Notes: generated by a model from the letters alone, not told the origin. Positions 38,170-52,800 are shown, counted from the stretch's first letter. The stretch is 64,000 nucleotides of DNA from Selaginella moellendorffii (GCF_000143415.4 NW_003314346.1:650936-714935); one strand, 5' to 3'. Program-made: numbers and translations.

Positions 38170-38692
38170 TAGGTTCCAAATGTATAGTAGGGATAGTGGG
38201 TAGGTTAGGTATGGCCAACTAACTTGATGAATAATCTAACTTTCGCTTGCATGCATGTCTTTGTTTTGTGTTTGGCTTAGGTCTAAGCCCAAGTTTCATA
38301 CTATGTTAGTTGGTGGAGTACTCATATCTTTGTGTTAGGTCACCGGTATGTTGAAATAGCACCAAACTCCATTTGGCTTCGTTTCATATGTTAATTCTAG
38401 CATTATGCTCTAAGACTATTTTATGTCATTCCATGCTTCTGTCCTTTCGCTCCTTAAGCTGTATGCTCAAGAGTCATTTCGTGCTTTAGTTCCTTCACTC
38501 TTTTGCTCCATATTTAAAAGTTTGTCTCTGTTCCTTTGTTCAATGGCCCAAGGCTTTGAAACTTGGGTTTTGCTCCACTATCCTTGAACACATGACATAT
38601 AACATGTTTCATATAAAGGGTTTAGGTTCTAGTTTGTGGTTATCCTATAGTAAATCACCATAGGATAAAAGGTGAAAACCACGTGCGTTACA
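38170..38692 (+). mobile_element. Solo short-form LTR of the chromovirus-related family in the GDSL intron
   Basis: Reverse complement of 42335-42880, ending GTGCGTTACA. AATTT on both sides (38165-38169, 38693-38697). Confidence 0.82.
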
Positions 38693-39149
38693 AATTTATT
38701 ATTGCCTCTATACTTGTACTAGATCTTAATAGATATTTCTTAAGAACTCTTGCCAATGAGTAAGGTGGCCTTGAAGGTCCTTTTAATGATTGAAATATTA
38801 GAGAGATTGATGGTTTGAATCCACAATAATTGTTATATTGATAAATGTAAAATTAATATAATGTGTTGAATATTTAGTAGTTTTTAAACCTTTTCACTAT
38901 TTTAGTGGAAGTCTAATCCATACAAATAATGTTGCCATTCCTTCACAACAACAATCACAACTTATCTCGAGTAAGCCAATTCCACTGTATAATATCAAAC
39001 TTCTAGCTCATGACCACTAACTTGAAGCAATACAACCCTAATAACAATATAACTCACATTATTGCTTATCATTATTTATAGATTCCATCATAGTCACTTT
39101 AGCATTTATTAACCCCTTTAGAACAATCCTTGCCTTGTGGTAATGAGAA

Positions 39150-39789
39150 CAATTGCACTTTACCTTGTTTATTTCTCCCTAGTCCAAATGAAATTTTTTA
39201 GCTTCATTGCTGACATAGCAATGGCTATTTCTTCCTTGAATATGAAACATTGGAAGGTTGGTCATCACGTTGACTACCCCATAGACCATCCTGTTGATCA
39301 AAGTTGACTGAATTGACTAATGGTTTTGGCAAAAAGATCTAAGCCTTAATGATAGCATTAGTCAACGTGTTTAGAAAATCCTTCTTGACCTTTTGGTGTA
39401 CAAATATTGAGGTCAAACTTTTGATAAAACATTACACTTTTAACAGCTTATTAGAGGTACTTATAAGACTAAGGCAAAGATCATGGAACTGATGGGCATA
39501 TGCATCCAAAGATAAAGTCCTTTGCTTGATTTCTAGTAGTTGGTTTATGAGATCAACCTCTTTAAAATTCTTGACAAATGAGGTGTAGAATTTTTTTTTC
39601 AAATCACTTTAAAAAATTTGTTTAGAATTAGCTTTGATGTAGTTCTTCCACCATAAAGAAGCATGGCCCATCAGCTTTGTCATAAAAAAAATAAATTTTC
39701 AGCTTATCCTTATAAGGATTGTGAGACAAACAACTTTCTCACAATTTCAACCAAGAATCAACTTCGTAGCTATCACAAATATTTGGTAA
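39150..39789 (-). mobile_element. Degenerate retrotransposon gag remnant
   Basis: DSYEVDSWL...KLMGHASLWWEEL...LLEIKQRTLSLDAYAHQFHDL. Confidence 0.7.
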
Positions 39790-42700
39790 TATAGCACATG
39801 TGGTTTTTACCTATCTTATGGTGATTTACTATAGAATAACCATGAAGCGGAACTTAAACCCTCCATGTGCCACGCGTGCAATAGACAGTGAAGTGGAACT
39901 TGAGTTTTAGAGCCTTGGGCCATTGAATGAAGGAACGGTGCCAAACTCCTAAGTATGGAGCTAAGGAGCAATGCCACTGGAGCACCAAACGACTCTTAAG
40001 CATACAGCCTAAAGAGTGAAGGGACAGGAGTATAGAGCATCTTGGATCAGTCCTAGAGCAACTAGCATCCCAATGCCAAAATTAACACGTAAAACAGAGC
40101 CAAATGGAGTCTGGTGCTATTTCAACATACCAGTGGCCTAACGCAAAAATATGGGTACTACACCAGCTAACATGGTGTGGAACTTGGGCTTAGACCCAAG
40201 CCGGACGCAGAACAACAATAGGCACGCAAGTAGGAGCTAGACTATGCCTCAGGTTGGTCAGCCATACCCAACCTCCTCACTATCCCTACTATATATTTGG
40301 AACCCTCTATATCCCCCCCCCCCCCCCCCCCCCTCTTGAGGAACACATGCTTTGGGCTCTCACCCCAAACCTGCCTTAGTACTAGGAGTTAGTCTCTGGG
40401 ACAAGTTTGAAACTTACTAAATATGGAAAATATCCTTAGATTGCGAATTTGGACACAGGACGAACACCATTGTGTTTAGAACAATCCCTACATTCCATAG
40501 ATATGCCAAATGAGCAAATCTAGATACTTTCCATATATAGTATTTGAAACAAGAATAAGACTAACACAAAAAGCATAATAGTGAGGGTGTTTGGCAAACA
40601 CGGTAAGCTATCATCTGGCGATATTGAAGGCTGTGTAGGATATCTTGTCAAGCCTATGCAAGATAAAGCAAAAGAGAACTAAGAGCCACAACGAGTATGC
40701 TCAACTAAAGACACATAGGAGTTCCTACCTTATATCCATCTGGCTAAGTACAGGTTCTAAGCATAGTTTACTAACACTTGAAAAAGAGGGGTTGATAAAA
40801 GGAACCAACAATAGCAACCTTCTACTGTCATGGCAGTAAGGAAAGAATATTTGAAAGAACAATCGACAAGTAACTTTTGATACTTGAAATTACATTTGCG
40901 ACACTCTCCCCCCCTTAGGGAAGATCGACGTCCTCGTCGATGCATACTCGAGTCTAGACCACTGCTAAGGAAACAACTCTAGAAAAAGTTCACGGTGTTC
41001 ACACTTTGTGAGAAATGCACCAATTTAAATGAGTTAAGATAACCTCTTTGTCTAATGTGGATGCACCACCAACTCAGACACCTTCTGGCCATTGTCGACA
41101 AGGAAATGACTAACAGAGTTAACCACCCTTGCTGCTTTGGGTGTTACCCAACTTTAAAAAGTGTGATATGCCCCTACTTATAGGTGGTATAGAGAGAGAA
41201 GCTAGAGGCCCCAACCCTTATGAGCAAAGAAACCAAACCCGTCGATAAAGTTTAGATAGACTACTATAAATACACAATTAGAGTTGTTTACATAGTCACA
41301 CCCTTTTGAATGAAAGAAGGAACATCGACAGAGAGGCGGGTGATATGACCAGTTGACAGTAGCTACCCCATGATTAGAGATTTCACCATGCACACAAAAT
41401 GCTGAAGCCAGTCTATTTATACTAGCCTAAACTCAAAGATCAATAGATGGACAATATCAAAGTCATAGACAATAATATCTTAAAGACTTAATTATCAGTG
41501 ATTAAATTTTAGATTAAAACATAAAAGTAACTCAAAGAACACAAAGTATTATTGACTTGACAAGCAAAATGCTCATAAATGTATCACCCAAAGGACATAA
41601 CATTCTAATCTATCAGAACTAAGTCAAGCAACAATCAACAAAACAAAATAATGTAGTAAAACCAACAAACACCATTTATTCCAACTACCACAAAAGCCAA
41701 TTTGAATAGATCTTGATCAACAATATAAAGGAACTTAAGTTGCTTAAGCAAGCGTCAATAACATTCTACTGATATTTCAAACCCAAGACAAACCATAAAG
41801 AACATGTGATAATGTGTCGCAAATGTGACTTCGGGTATCAAAAGATATTTGTTGACCGGTCCTTACGGACACTCTTTCTTTAGACCACCTGTGACATTAG
41901 GTTGGCTTCCGCTTGGCTGTGTCGCTCCTTGTTCTGCGTCCGGCTTGGGTCTAAGTCCAAGCTCCATGCTGCTCTAGTCGGTGGAGTACCCTCCTCGCGT
42001 TAGGCCACCGATATGCCAAAATTGTGCCAGACTCCATCTGACACCATTTTGCGTCCAGCTGCTGGATACGGGGAGTTGGTGCTCGTGGGATTGTACTGGA
42101 CACTTGTTTCGTACCGCAACGGGCTTAGAGTTCGGCTCCAAATTCAGGTGCACTACATTTGGTATCAGAGGAATTATCTCAGCGATTCCTATCCAACTTT
42201 TGTCGGATTTCCTAACTCAAGTTGCATACGTAGAGACTTTTCTAGTAGATCTGAAGCAACTTATGTAGGATTAGTTGGATTGCATCATTCGGTAAGAACG
42301 TTGTATGCATGTTCAGTTACTGATAGAGGCATGCTGTAGCGCACGTGGTTTTGACCCTTTATCCTATGGTGATTTACCATAGGATAACACCACGAAGCAG
42401 AACCTAAACCCTCTTTGTGCCATGTGACAGATGCCACGTGTCCATGCCACGTGTCCATGCCACGTGTCCATAGGAACCCGAGGTTCAGGGCCTTGGGCCA
42501 CTGAACGAAGGAACGGTGCCAAACTCCCAAGCGTGGAGCCAAGGAGTGATGGAACCGGACCACGGAGCAACTCCCGAGCATATACCCCAAGGAGCGAAGG
42601 GACAGGAGCCCGGAGCGACTTGGAACAGTCCTGGAGCAACCAACATCCCAATGCCAGGACCAGCACACAAAATGGAGCCAAACGGAGTCTGGCGCTATTT

Positions 42701-43516
42701 CGGCATACCGGTGGCCTAACGTGAGGATATGGGTACTCCACCAACTAGCATGGAATGGAACTTGGGCTTAGACCCAAGCCGGACGCAGAACAAGGACAGG
42801 CACGCAAACGGGAGCTAGACTATGCCTTAGGTTAGTCGGCCATGCCCGACCTACCCACTATCCCTACTATACATTTAGAACAACAATCAACAGAAGAGAA
42901 TGAATGTGGTAAGACCAACAAACATTCATGCCTGCCAACTATCACAAAAGCCAATCTGAATAGATCCCAGCCAACAATACCAAGGAACTCAAGTTGCCTA
43001 AGCAAGTGTCAACAACATCCTACTGACGTCTCAAACCCAAGAGACCAATCCAGAGCAAACCACAAAGAACATGTGGTATTGCACAAAAACCAAAAGCCAT
43101 CAAAGAGAACAACCTACTATCATGAAAGATCAGTCATTAGCCCATCAATGTAGTGATGTATAATCATCGTTGAAGAAAGAATCTACCATCCCGAAGGATA
43201 GCAAATATTCCAAACCAACAATAATCAAGCAAAACTTGTGATAAGGATAATCAATTATCCTAGATGATAGTCAATCATCACCAATGATTACTAAATGCAA
43301 ATACTAACTTGTACATCGAAGCTAAAGAGCCAAAAATGCCTTCCCCCCAACAACTTCTAACAAATGGAACAATGAGCATAATAAACTCAAAGGACCAAAA
43401 GTTCAAAGAAGCCTATAGCCAAGTCTTGCCTAACAATGATCACAAGTCTCGCACGAACTAACTTCAATGCTAAAGAAGAAATCATGGTAGAACCACAATA
43501 TCCCCTTCAATACATC

Positions 43517-45226
43517 TGTAAGTGACTAATTTTTCCATTCTACTTTAGTCACTTAACCACACTTTTGACCGCTTGGAGGAGTCTCATTCACAAACTCCTT
43601 AAGTCCAATTCAGGACTTGGGGCATGCTAGCCCAAGAATGGCATCCATGCCACTCATCGCTTGCACTTAGTCCAAGTGCTCCACATGTCCGGTCCCAAGA
43701 CCGACACCCAAAGGTACCACTGACATACTAGCCCGTTACGTTAAGGCCATGCCCCTTTACCTTGGTCATACCGGTGGTCTAACACCACCTGCATCACAAT
43801 CCCGTCTCTCAAGGACTGGACCATCTGTCCATGAGTGATCATTCCAGATCCACTCCTTAGCATCCTTAGGATGTCCACAGACATGGGGAATAGCCTTCCC
43901 CAATATCCCTTTTTTGGTCCCCACCAAGTCCCTTTTCTGTCTATGGCCATGTTCGCCAACACTGCCACTCGATCAAGGCCCACTGGCCCAACCACTAAGT
44001 CCCATGGTCCTCCGGGACTTTCACACCATGTGACTGTATCCTTAGTCACCACACTAGAGGACTGCTCTTCCTCCTTTCTCCATTTGGGACTCCGGGACAA
44101 CATTTCGAAACATCGTGGGCCTACGCGAGCCCCGTGGGTACTCTCCCCGCCTTCTGCCTTTAAGTGCTCTAGCCATGGGCTTAGAGCGAGGTTCCGTTGA
44201 GCCATGCTTGGTATCCAAGTAGGTAGTGCCACCCACACTTGGACTGGGAGCATCAGCTAGTCGATCTCCTGGGGGAACTAGAGCCGGCTCTTGAACACTT
44301 CACCAAGCTATCCCACTTGTCGGTCCGTATTCACTCTAGTCTTGGACTTCTCAGTGGTCAGTTCATCACCCAACACTGGGTTTGGCCTTCTTGGGCCAAA
44401 CTAGCCTTTCCTGGCCAAACTGGCCTTTCCTGGCCAAACTGGCTCCACTGCAGTCTTCCCCCTCACGAGCTCACCAAACCCCCCAGGGTCTGGGAGACGA
44501 ACGCTTTGGGCTTTCACCCTCTCAGACTCGAACTCAGACTCGGACTTGGACTCGGACTCGGACTCGGACTCGGACTCTGGCTCGGGCTCGGTCTTAGCCT
44601 TGGGCTCGGTCTCGGTCTCGGTCCCGGTCTCGGTCTCGACCTCGGACTCCATCTCGGGTCCTTCTCGGACTCCATCTCGGACTCCATCTCGGGCTCCGTC
44701 TCGGTCCATCTCGGACTCCATCTCGGACTCCTTCTCGGTCCATCTCGGACTCCATCTCGGGTCCATCTCGGACTCCGTCTCGGTCCACTTCGGACTCCAT
44801 CTCGGACTCCATCTCGGGTCCATCTCGGGTCCATCTCGGACTTCGTCTTGATCCACCTCGGACTCCACTTCGGGTCCATCTCGGACTCCATATCGGACTC
44901 CATCTCGAACTCCACTTCGGACTCCATATCGGACTCCACTTCGGGTCCATCTCGGACTCCAACTAGGGTCCATCTTGGACTCCATCTCGGACACTTCCAC
45001 GTGTCATGTGTTGGTCCTTTTTGGGTCCCTTTTTGGAGCCTTGCTTATTGCTCGCTTCGTGCTCGCTCCTTGAGCACTTCGTTGGGAGTTCCACTCCCGC
45101 TCTCGACCTTCCATGTTAGAGCTTTTAGTCCAAACGTGTTACACTCATTTGGGCTTTCGCTTCGGCCACTACCACGTGGCACCCTTTGCGGCTCCACTTT
45201 GGGACCTAGGGATTTTGTGTCTCACA
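43517..45226 (-). mobile_element. Solo LTR (1710 bp) of the minisatellite-bearing family
   Basis: TGTAAG...CTCACA with TSD ACATC (43512-43516, 45227-45231). Orientation taken from the PPT next to the 57203-58823 copy. Confidence 0.95.
44524..44992. repeat. 6-bp (GGACTC/GGTCTC) and 11-12-bp (GGACTCCATCTC / GGGTCCATCTC) minisatellite inside the LTR
   Basis: Seen directly. Also at 58200-58590 and 26900-27110. Confidence 0.95.
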
Positions 45227-48200
45227 ACATCCATAAGCTAAACTTTATAATGCGAAAGCTAATGAAGAGCATGTCTGCATCAATCCAAATGCTAAGCATA
45301 ACAAAGTTATGCTCAACAAGTGATCATCTAATCGATCCTCCATGAATCCATCTATAGCAAGACGTAGCTCACATCGTAACAAGCACAAGGGGAATCATCA
45401 ATGATCAATATATTCCAATTCAAACCCAATAAGGATTCAAACTTTCCAATATTGATCACTAACTCTTTCGCTTGTAGAGTTCGCATAGTCCACGACTGAA
45501 TCACTTTTCAAGGACAAGTTTAAAGCTCAACCCTTACTAAACAAACTCATCGAGAACACAACTAACTCAACTTGCCACTCAGTTCATTTGAATGTCAACA
45601 CAGTTGCTAACTAGCAAATGTATGAATGTCAACAACACAAAGCTAAAGCCAAATCATCAACACTTTTCATCAAGACTAATGAAACTCAATATCAATCCTA
45701 AGGAAAGACATTTCATTTCACTCAAGTCTCAATATCAACAATATCAATGACAAGGCATCACTTCAATGCCATCAACATCAGGACAAAGCTAGAAGAAAGC
45801 AAGAGTGAATCACCACTCGGAGCTTTCCAGCAACCAAGTTAACTAAAGTCGAAGATACTATACTTAGTATCCAACACCAATCCTTTAGCAAAACTCAGTG
45901 ACAGATAACACATCATCAAGGAGTGAATCACCACAACCAAGACTCAATGAAATCTAACACTATAGACCAAACGTAACCAAATGATATCGACAAAGGAATT
46001 GATATGCCAACATGGAAAAAACCATGCCAGCCTAATGACACGATCCTCCGCAACACCATCTGGTAAAGCAAACCCATCACCGCTAAATCATCATCGAGCA
46101 AAGCAAGTGTCAAAAGTCCTTGACGAAGTCTACAAGTAATCACTAGTCGCAAAGCAACTAATAATCACTCCTCAACTTGCCTTCACAAAACCCGAACACT
46201 AACTCATGTCATCGAGTTACATACTTGTCCAACATAAACACAATACCCCAGGTACGAGATAAGAGTTCATAGACAAGCACAAACTAAATGACCACTCGAA
46301 TCCAGCTCAACCGCAATAAGCTCACTAAAGCATTTAGTCAATAGCTCTGAGTATGCCTTGAAGAGGCTAGCTATGTGATCAACACTCAGTCGAAACTAAA
46401 GTGAAGACCATGAGATGGACTCATATCGGTACACAACCTCCTCATAGACAAAGCTATAGTACGGGTACTAACATCTCAATCTCAAACAACTAAGTTGGAC
46501 ATCACCATCCTTAGCCAAGGCGCAGGGCTACCAAGACTAAATCAAGATCAGTGAGAGCTCACTACTCTCATAGAGTCTTAGCGAAATGCAAGGTGCAACC
46601 TGCCACCAAGCATAATGCTACAAAAGAAAGGCACAAGAGTCACCCTTCTTAGAAAAGTGCAACGGCCACTTTTCTACACTAACTCCAGACTCTATCCAAC
46701 TTAATTGCCTTAGCCCCAAAAGTCAGCATCCCTTTCGGGTCGCATCATACAAACTATATACTAAGGTCTAAGTTAACCAAGGTTAACTCGAACCCCTTCA
46801 CTAGTTTGTACTGGCTTACGAAAAATGGAATGGTTTTCGGCAAAGTGATCAACAGATCAGCCATTGGGGAAGTCTAAGAAAATTTGTGGAAAATTTCCAT
46901 CCTAGAGAAAGAATGACTCTTAGTCCAGGATTGCAAACTTTCAAGACTCAACCAACTTCCTCCTACAAACAACTTCACATAGGTTCACCTCAACACAGAT
47001 TCTTATGATCCATAATATGCTTAAGCATCGAACATCTTTTTGCCCATATTTCCGATATCCAACTCCGACATCCGCAAAATGCAAAATGAACATCCAAGGC
47101 TTGATCACGAAGACCACATCTTCGGATATCCATATTGCACTAACAATCGTCTTCAATCACCTTCAAGATCCAATGTGAAGCCAAAACACTAACAAGAAAA
47201 ATGACATGGAAAAATCAAGGTCCAAGAAAAATTCCTCATCACTTGAAATAACAATGCCACTTCCACTAACACAAGTGCTAGTGACGTCAATGCCCCAACT
47301 CCACATCTTCTCCATCCAACAATCTACTCCAAGTGCTAACGGATTAACAAATGAGCTATAGCAAATGAATGCTACAACCCATTCCCAACACCTTATGGGC
47401 AAACCCTCAAGGAAACAAGGTACCAACTTAAGCTTAGCATAATGGACCATTTTCAAGAATCCAGTTAAAGCTACCACAATGCTACTTCATGCAAGTAGAC
47501 TAGCTTCTCCATCAACCACTTTAGGGTTGATCATCGTTTAACCAAGCAACTTCGTAAACACATTGCTCATTATCACATGGATATGATATAAATCACAATG
47601 ACTTGATCATCAATCAAGCAGCACTATGAGCAATTCCCATGTCACTACTGCAAAGGTTTATGTGAATATCAAGTGCTAACTCGATTCGACAAAATGCAAC
47701 ATAAATGCCACACCCCATCGATAGAGATTTACAACACCAACACCACTAACTTTTGTTCATAACACAAACAAGCACATGCCACTCTCTATCCGACCAATCT
47801 CAAAACTAATCCAACACCAAGCTATTCAAGGAGCAATAGCAAGGTTCCCCAGAAAAGAATTGAGCATTGCAACCCAAGTCTTCCAATAGCAAGCTTAGAC
47901 AAAATGGTATAGCACTTCACCACTATCCATCCCACAACTCACCATTGTAAGACCACCATCTCCAACATGCATCAAGATAGGGACTCTTGATTGCATGATG
48001 TGAATACAAGCAATGAGTTAACACCTCGTTGCGAATCATTTCTCCAAAAGAGAAGATGATTTACGTATTTGATCCTCCATCCCCGATGACTCTCTTTTTG
48101 GTCTCATCTTTGACCAAACCTCAAGCTTGCTTTCGCACTGCCTTCAGTTCAATTGAAGGAAAGTTTATGAGAGAGCACGGCAATGATTACTTGAACCAAT

Positions 48201-49828
48201 AGACTATTCCCTACAGTCTTGATTGATCCAATTATAATCATGCCTAAGAAGGATCCACTAGTGCTGTGCTAAACAGCTACGGACCAGCCTATTTGCCACT
48301 CATAGCAAACCCAAGGAAAGTTTATTTTCACCTATGGTACATGGAACAACTCATGGAACCACTGATAGGCTAACATTAATTCTGCCAACTCAAAGTGTAA
48401 CCTCGAGTTGCTAATGCGCCTCACTCATGAGCCCAAGCGCAAACTCATGTAATGGAACAACTCAGTCCACCCTATGAGCCCAAGAGCAAGCTCACATAAT
48501 ATGGAACAAAAAGGTAACCAAAACTTATCCCAAGGAACCAATGTGAAGTCCTTGCACCAAAACATGTACCCACTCGGATCATCGTTTTCATCTCTGCGTA
48601 TGCAACGAGACTAGTTGCCCAATCTCATTGAATAGTACTCACTGAGACTCATCCTCTGATACCAAATGTAGCGCACGTGGTTTTGACCCTTTATCCTATG
48701 GTGATTTACCATAGGATAACACCACAAAGCCGAACCTAAACCCTCTTTGTGCCACGTGACAAATGCCATGTGTCACATGCCACGTGTCCATGCCATGTGT
48801 CCATAGGAACCCAAGGTTCAGGGCCTTGGGCCACTGAACGAAGGAACGGTGCCAAACTCCCAAGCGTGGAGCCAAGGAGTGATGGAACCGGACCACGGAG
48901 CAACTCCCGAGCATATACCCCAAGGAGCAAAGGGACAGGAGCCCAGAGCGACTTGGAACAGTCCTGGAGCAACCAGCATCCTAATGCCAGGACCAGCACG
49001 CAAAATGGAGCCAAACGGAGTCTGGCGCTATTTCGGCATACCGGTGGCCTAACGTGAGGATATGGGTACTCCACCAGCTAGCATGGAATGGAACTTGGGC
49101 TTAGACCCAAGCCGGATGCAGAACAAGGACAGGCACGCAAGCGGGAGCTAGACTATGCCTTAGGTTGGTCGGCCATGCCCAACCTACACTATCCCTACTA
49201 TACATTTGGAACCCCCCATAGGCCCCCCGCTTGAGGAACACACGCTTTGGGCTTTCACCCCAAGCCTCCCTTAGTATCAGGAGTTAGTCTCTGGGACAAG
49301 CTCAAAACTTACTAAATATGGAATGTCCTTAGATTGCGAATTTGGACACGGGACGAACACCATTGTGTTCAGGCCGATCTCTACATTCCGTAGATATGCC
49401 AAATGAGCAAATCTGGACACTTTCCATAAATAGCATTTGGGACTGAAATGAGACTAACACAAAGGGCATGATAGCGAGGGTGTTTTGCAGACACGGTAAG
49501 CTATCATTCAGCGATATTGAGGGACCAATCTCAATACGCAAGGGTTCTTGTCAAGCCAGTGCAAGACAGAGCAAAAGAGAACTAAAAAGCCGGGCCGAGT
49601 ATGCTCAGCTAAATAGACACTTAGGAATTCCTTCCTTATGATCATCCGGCAAAGTACAGATGCTAAGCCCAGTTTACTAACACTTGAACAAGAGGGACTA
49701 ATAAAGGGTCCAGCAATACCGACCTCCTGCCATCGTGGCAGTAAGGAAAGAGTGTCCGTAAGGACTGGTCGACAGGTAACTTTCGATACCCGAAGTCACA
49801 TTCGCGACACATGTATACAGCTAGTAGG

Positions 49829-52800
49829 ATGGTGAAGAGGAACCGTGCTGATGACTCTGAAACCTCTAGATGGGCGAATCGAGAGGAGGAAACTCCTGCT
49901 AGAGATGCTACGAAAGAGGCTGAGGCCGAGTTGGAAGAGGAAGAGCCATATGCTGCGGCATTGCAATGTACGGCTCAGGAAGTTGAAATTGAGAATTTGC
50001 GAAGGGAGATTCGCAAATTGAAGAAGGAGAACAAGAAAAAGAAGAAAGAAGCTAAGGCAGGTAAACCAGCTAAGCCTAAACAACCGGACTCCTCCTCAAG
50101 TTCTGAGGACGATGAAGTTCTGCATCCGCCCCCTGTTGCACGAGTTTCAAAGTTCAAGCCTCTGAAACCACCCAATTTCAGAGGCATACGGGACTATTAG
50201 GTTTTGGAAGACTGGGTCTACGATATGGAAAATTATTTCATAGCAGCAGATGTAGATGATCATACGAAAGTTGCATGCGCGCAATCCTTTCTCACCGATC
50301 ATGGCAAAACTTGGTGGCGCTAGGTGTGTGCTAAAAAAGGGCAGACTAGAAGTTGGACCAAGATGCGGTCTCATATCCGTAAGCCGAATGATCTTGGTCT
50401 AAGACTTCGTGCAGAGCTGCGACGGTTAAAGCAACGAGGGGACCTTATGCATTACGTTAATGCATTTGCTCAGAAGTGCATTATGATTACAAATATGAGT
50501 GACGAAGATGCTCGGAGTTATTTCCTGGAGGGTTTAAGTTCACTTTCTCGAAATGAGATTTTGAAGTTTAAGCTGAAGACGTACCTAGAGTGTAAGGAGG
50601 TAGCGCAGCAAGTTGCCTTTAGTCACTCACTCATGGAACAATATCAGCAAATGTATGCTACTAACTTGGATAAGAATAAAAATTCTGGGAATAAACAAGG
50701 TGACCGGAAATAGAGGGTGGAAGGCAGGTTCTGCCTTGGAGGCTCACAAGCAACGGTTAACAAAGGTGGTGGTGGTTGGAGACCACCAGCAACTTCTTCT
50801 GGTCCTAGGCCCTCTGTTCCTCCTCCTGGTGGGTACAAGCAGCAGCAATTTGCAAAACTTGCTCCTAGCGGAACGGGTAGTGTGGGTCATTGGAAAGTCG
50901 GGACATAGGTCCTCAGAATGTCCCAACAAGCATAAGACAAGGTCTTGGGTTAATGTCATGAGGGAAGACAGTGGTGGTGAAGCTGAAGGGATTGATGAGG
51001 TGGTCAATGCAGACTATGAGGAAGAAGAGGTGAGTAACTTTCGTTGCTTTCCTCAAGCTTTTCTTGCAGTCAATGCAAACACTGATCCGTTGATGTATCT
51101 GGTAGGCTTTGTTTGTGGACACCAAATCCGAGTGATGATTGACACGGGAGCTACATACAGCGTGATATCCAAAGACTTAGTTAAGTTGTTAGGATTGAAT
51201 GTTGAGCAAATGTTGCCTATGCACTTCCGGTTTGCGGAAGGTGGGCAAGTAGCCAAAAAGTTTGTGAGTGATGTTTTAATAAAGATATCCAAGTGGAAAG
51301 AAAGAGTGGACTTGGTAGTGTTGAAGATATCAGATTTTCAGATGGTGTTTGGTATGGATTTCTTCAACAAGTATATAAAAGGGATTTATGGTGCTAGACA
51401 AAGTCGTATCACGTTGAAGTCAGAAGGACGTCTTAATGTATCCTTTCAGTTGCAAAAGCGTTCCTCAAAGGATTGGGATGCAAAGTTCTTGACTGCGAGG
51501 GCCGCTCAAAAAGCAGCTAAGAGGGGATGTCGGACCTTTTGGGTTCAAGTGATGGAAGCTGAGGGTGTTGGTGACTCGGTTCGAATCAGCGATAGGGTTG
51601 ATCCTATACCAAAGAGGATATTGGAGTTGTTGGTGAGGAACCAGGATATTTTTCTGAAGGATTTGCCGCCAGAGCTACCTCCTAGCCATGAGGTTGATCA
51701 TCGGATTGAGGTTATTCCAGGTTCTAAACCACCTACGAAAGCTCCATATCGGTTAAACATGAAGGAGATGGCTGAACTCAAGAAGCAACTCACGAAGCTT
51801 CTTGACAAAGGTCATATCCGACTAAGCAAGTCACCTTATAGAGCGCCAGTCCTTTTTGTTATGAAAAAGGATGGAACCATGAGGATGTGTATCGACTATT
51901 GGGCACTCAACAAGATCACGGTCAAGAACAGTTATCCTTTGCCTCGCATTGATGACTTGTTTGACGAACTCTTAAAGGCTAAGTATTTTACGTGACTTGA
52001 TTTGTGGTCCGGGTATCATCAGATCAAGATGTGAAGAAGACAGCCTTTAAGACTCGGTACGGATCTTATGAGTTCCTTGTCATGCTGTTTGGGTTATGCA
52101 ATGCTCCGGCAACGTTTAGCACTATGATGGATAAAATATTCGAAAATTATTTGGATGCATTTGTTGTCCTGTATATCGACGATGTTCTAGTCTTTAGTGA
52201 AACGTTAGAGGATCATTTGAAACACTTGGAGCTGGTGTTTCAGAAGTTGCCTGAACACAAACTGTATGCTAAGGAAAGTAAATGCGCTTTTGGACAATTG
52301 CGCGTAAACTTTCTCGGACATATAGTTGGTGGTGGCGTGATTGAAGTCGATCCAAAGAAGGTGGAAGCGGTGAAGTCTTAGGAAGTCCCGACCATTGTAT
52401 CAGATGTTCGTTCCTTTCTCGGTTTGGCGGGATACTATCGCAAGTTTGTCCGTAATTTTGCAAGAATTGCTCTTCCATTGACTGAGTTGACGAAGAGTAG
52501 TATTCCGTTTCATTGGACACCAGTTTGTCAGCGTTCTTTTGCACGGTTGAAGGAGATCTTGACTACGGTTCCTGTTCTTAGGATCCCAGATCTTGATAAA
52601 CCCTTCGAAGTGCATTGTGATGCATTTGGCTATGCTATTCGTGCCGTGTTACAGCAAGATTGTGACAAAGCGGTTGGTGTTACGCTAAGGCGACATGGTT
52701 GTCCCGTTGCGTTCTACTCCAAGAAATTGAATGAGACCCAACGAAGATGGCCAATGCATGAGAAAGAGATGTTTGCTATAGTGTCGGCCCTAGAACATTG

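Larger units (their letters stand above)
42335..49809 (-). mobile_element. Inner non-autonomous LTR element inserted in the chromovirus leader
   Basis: 5' LTR 48667-49809 followed on - by iMet PBS (CTCTGATACCA on + at ~48654-48664). 3' LTR 42335-~42880 (truncated). TSD CATGC/CATGT. No intact internal ORF, only faint RT remnants at ~46930-47350. Confidence 0.88.

Noticed and set aside
44239-45345. 368-aa ORF and overlapping repetitive ORFs (also 26817-27206 and 58007-58636)
   Set aside because: These arise from the stop-poor minisatellite inside an LTR and are not conserved as ORFs between the three copies.
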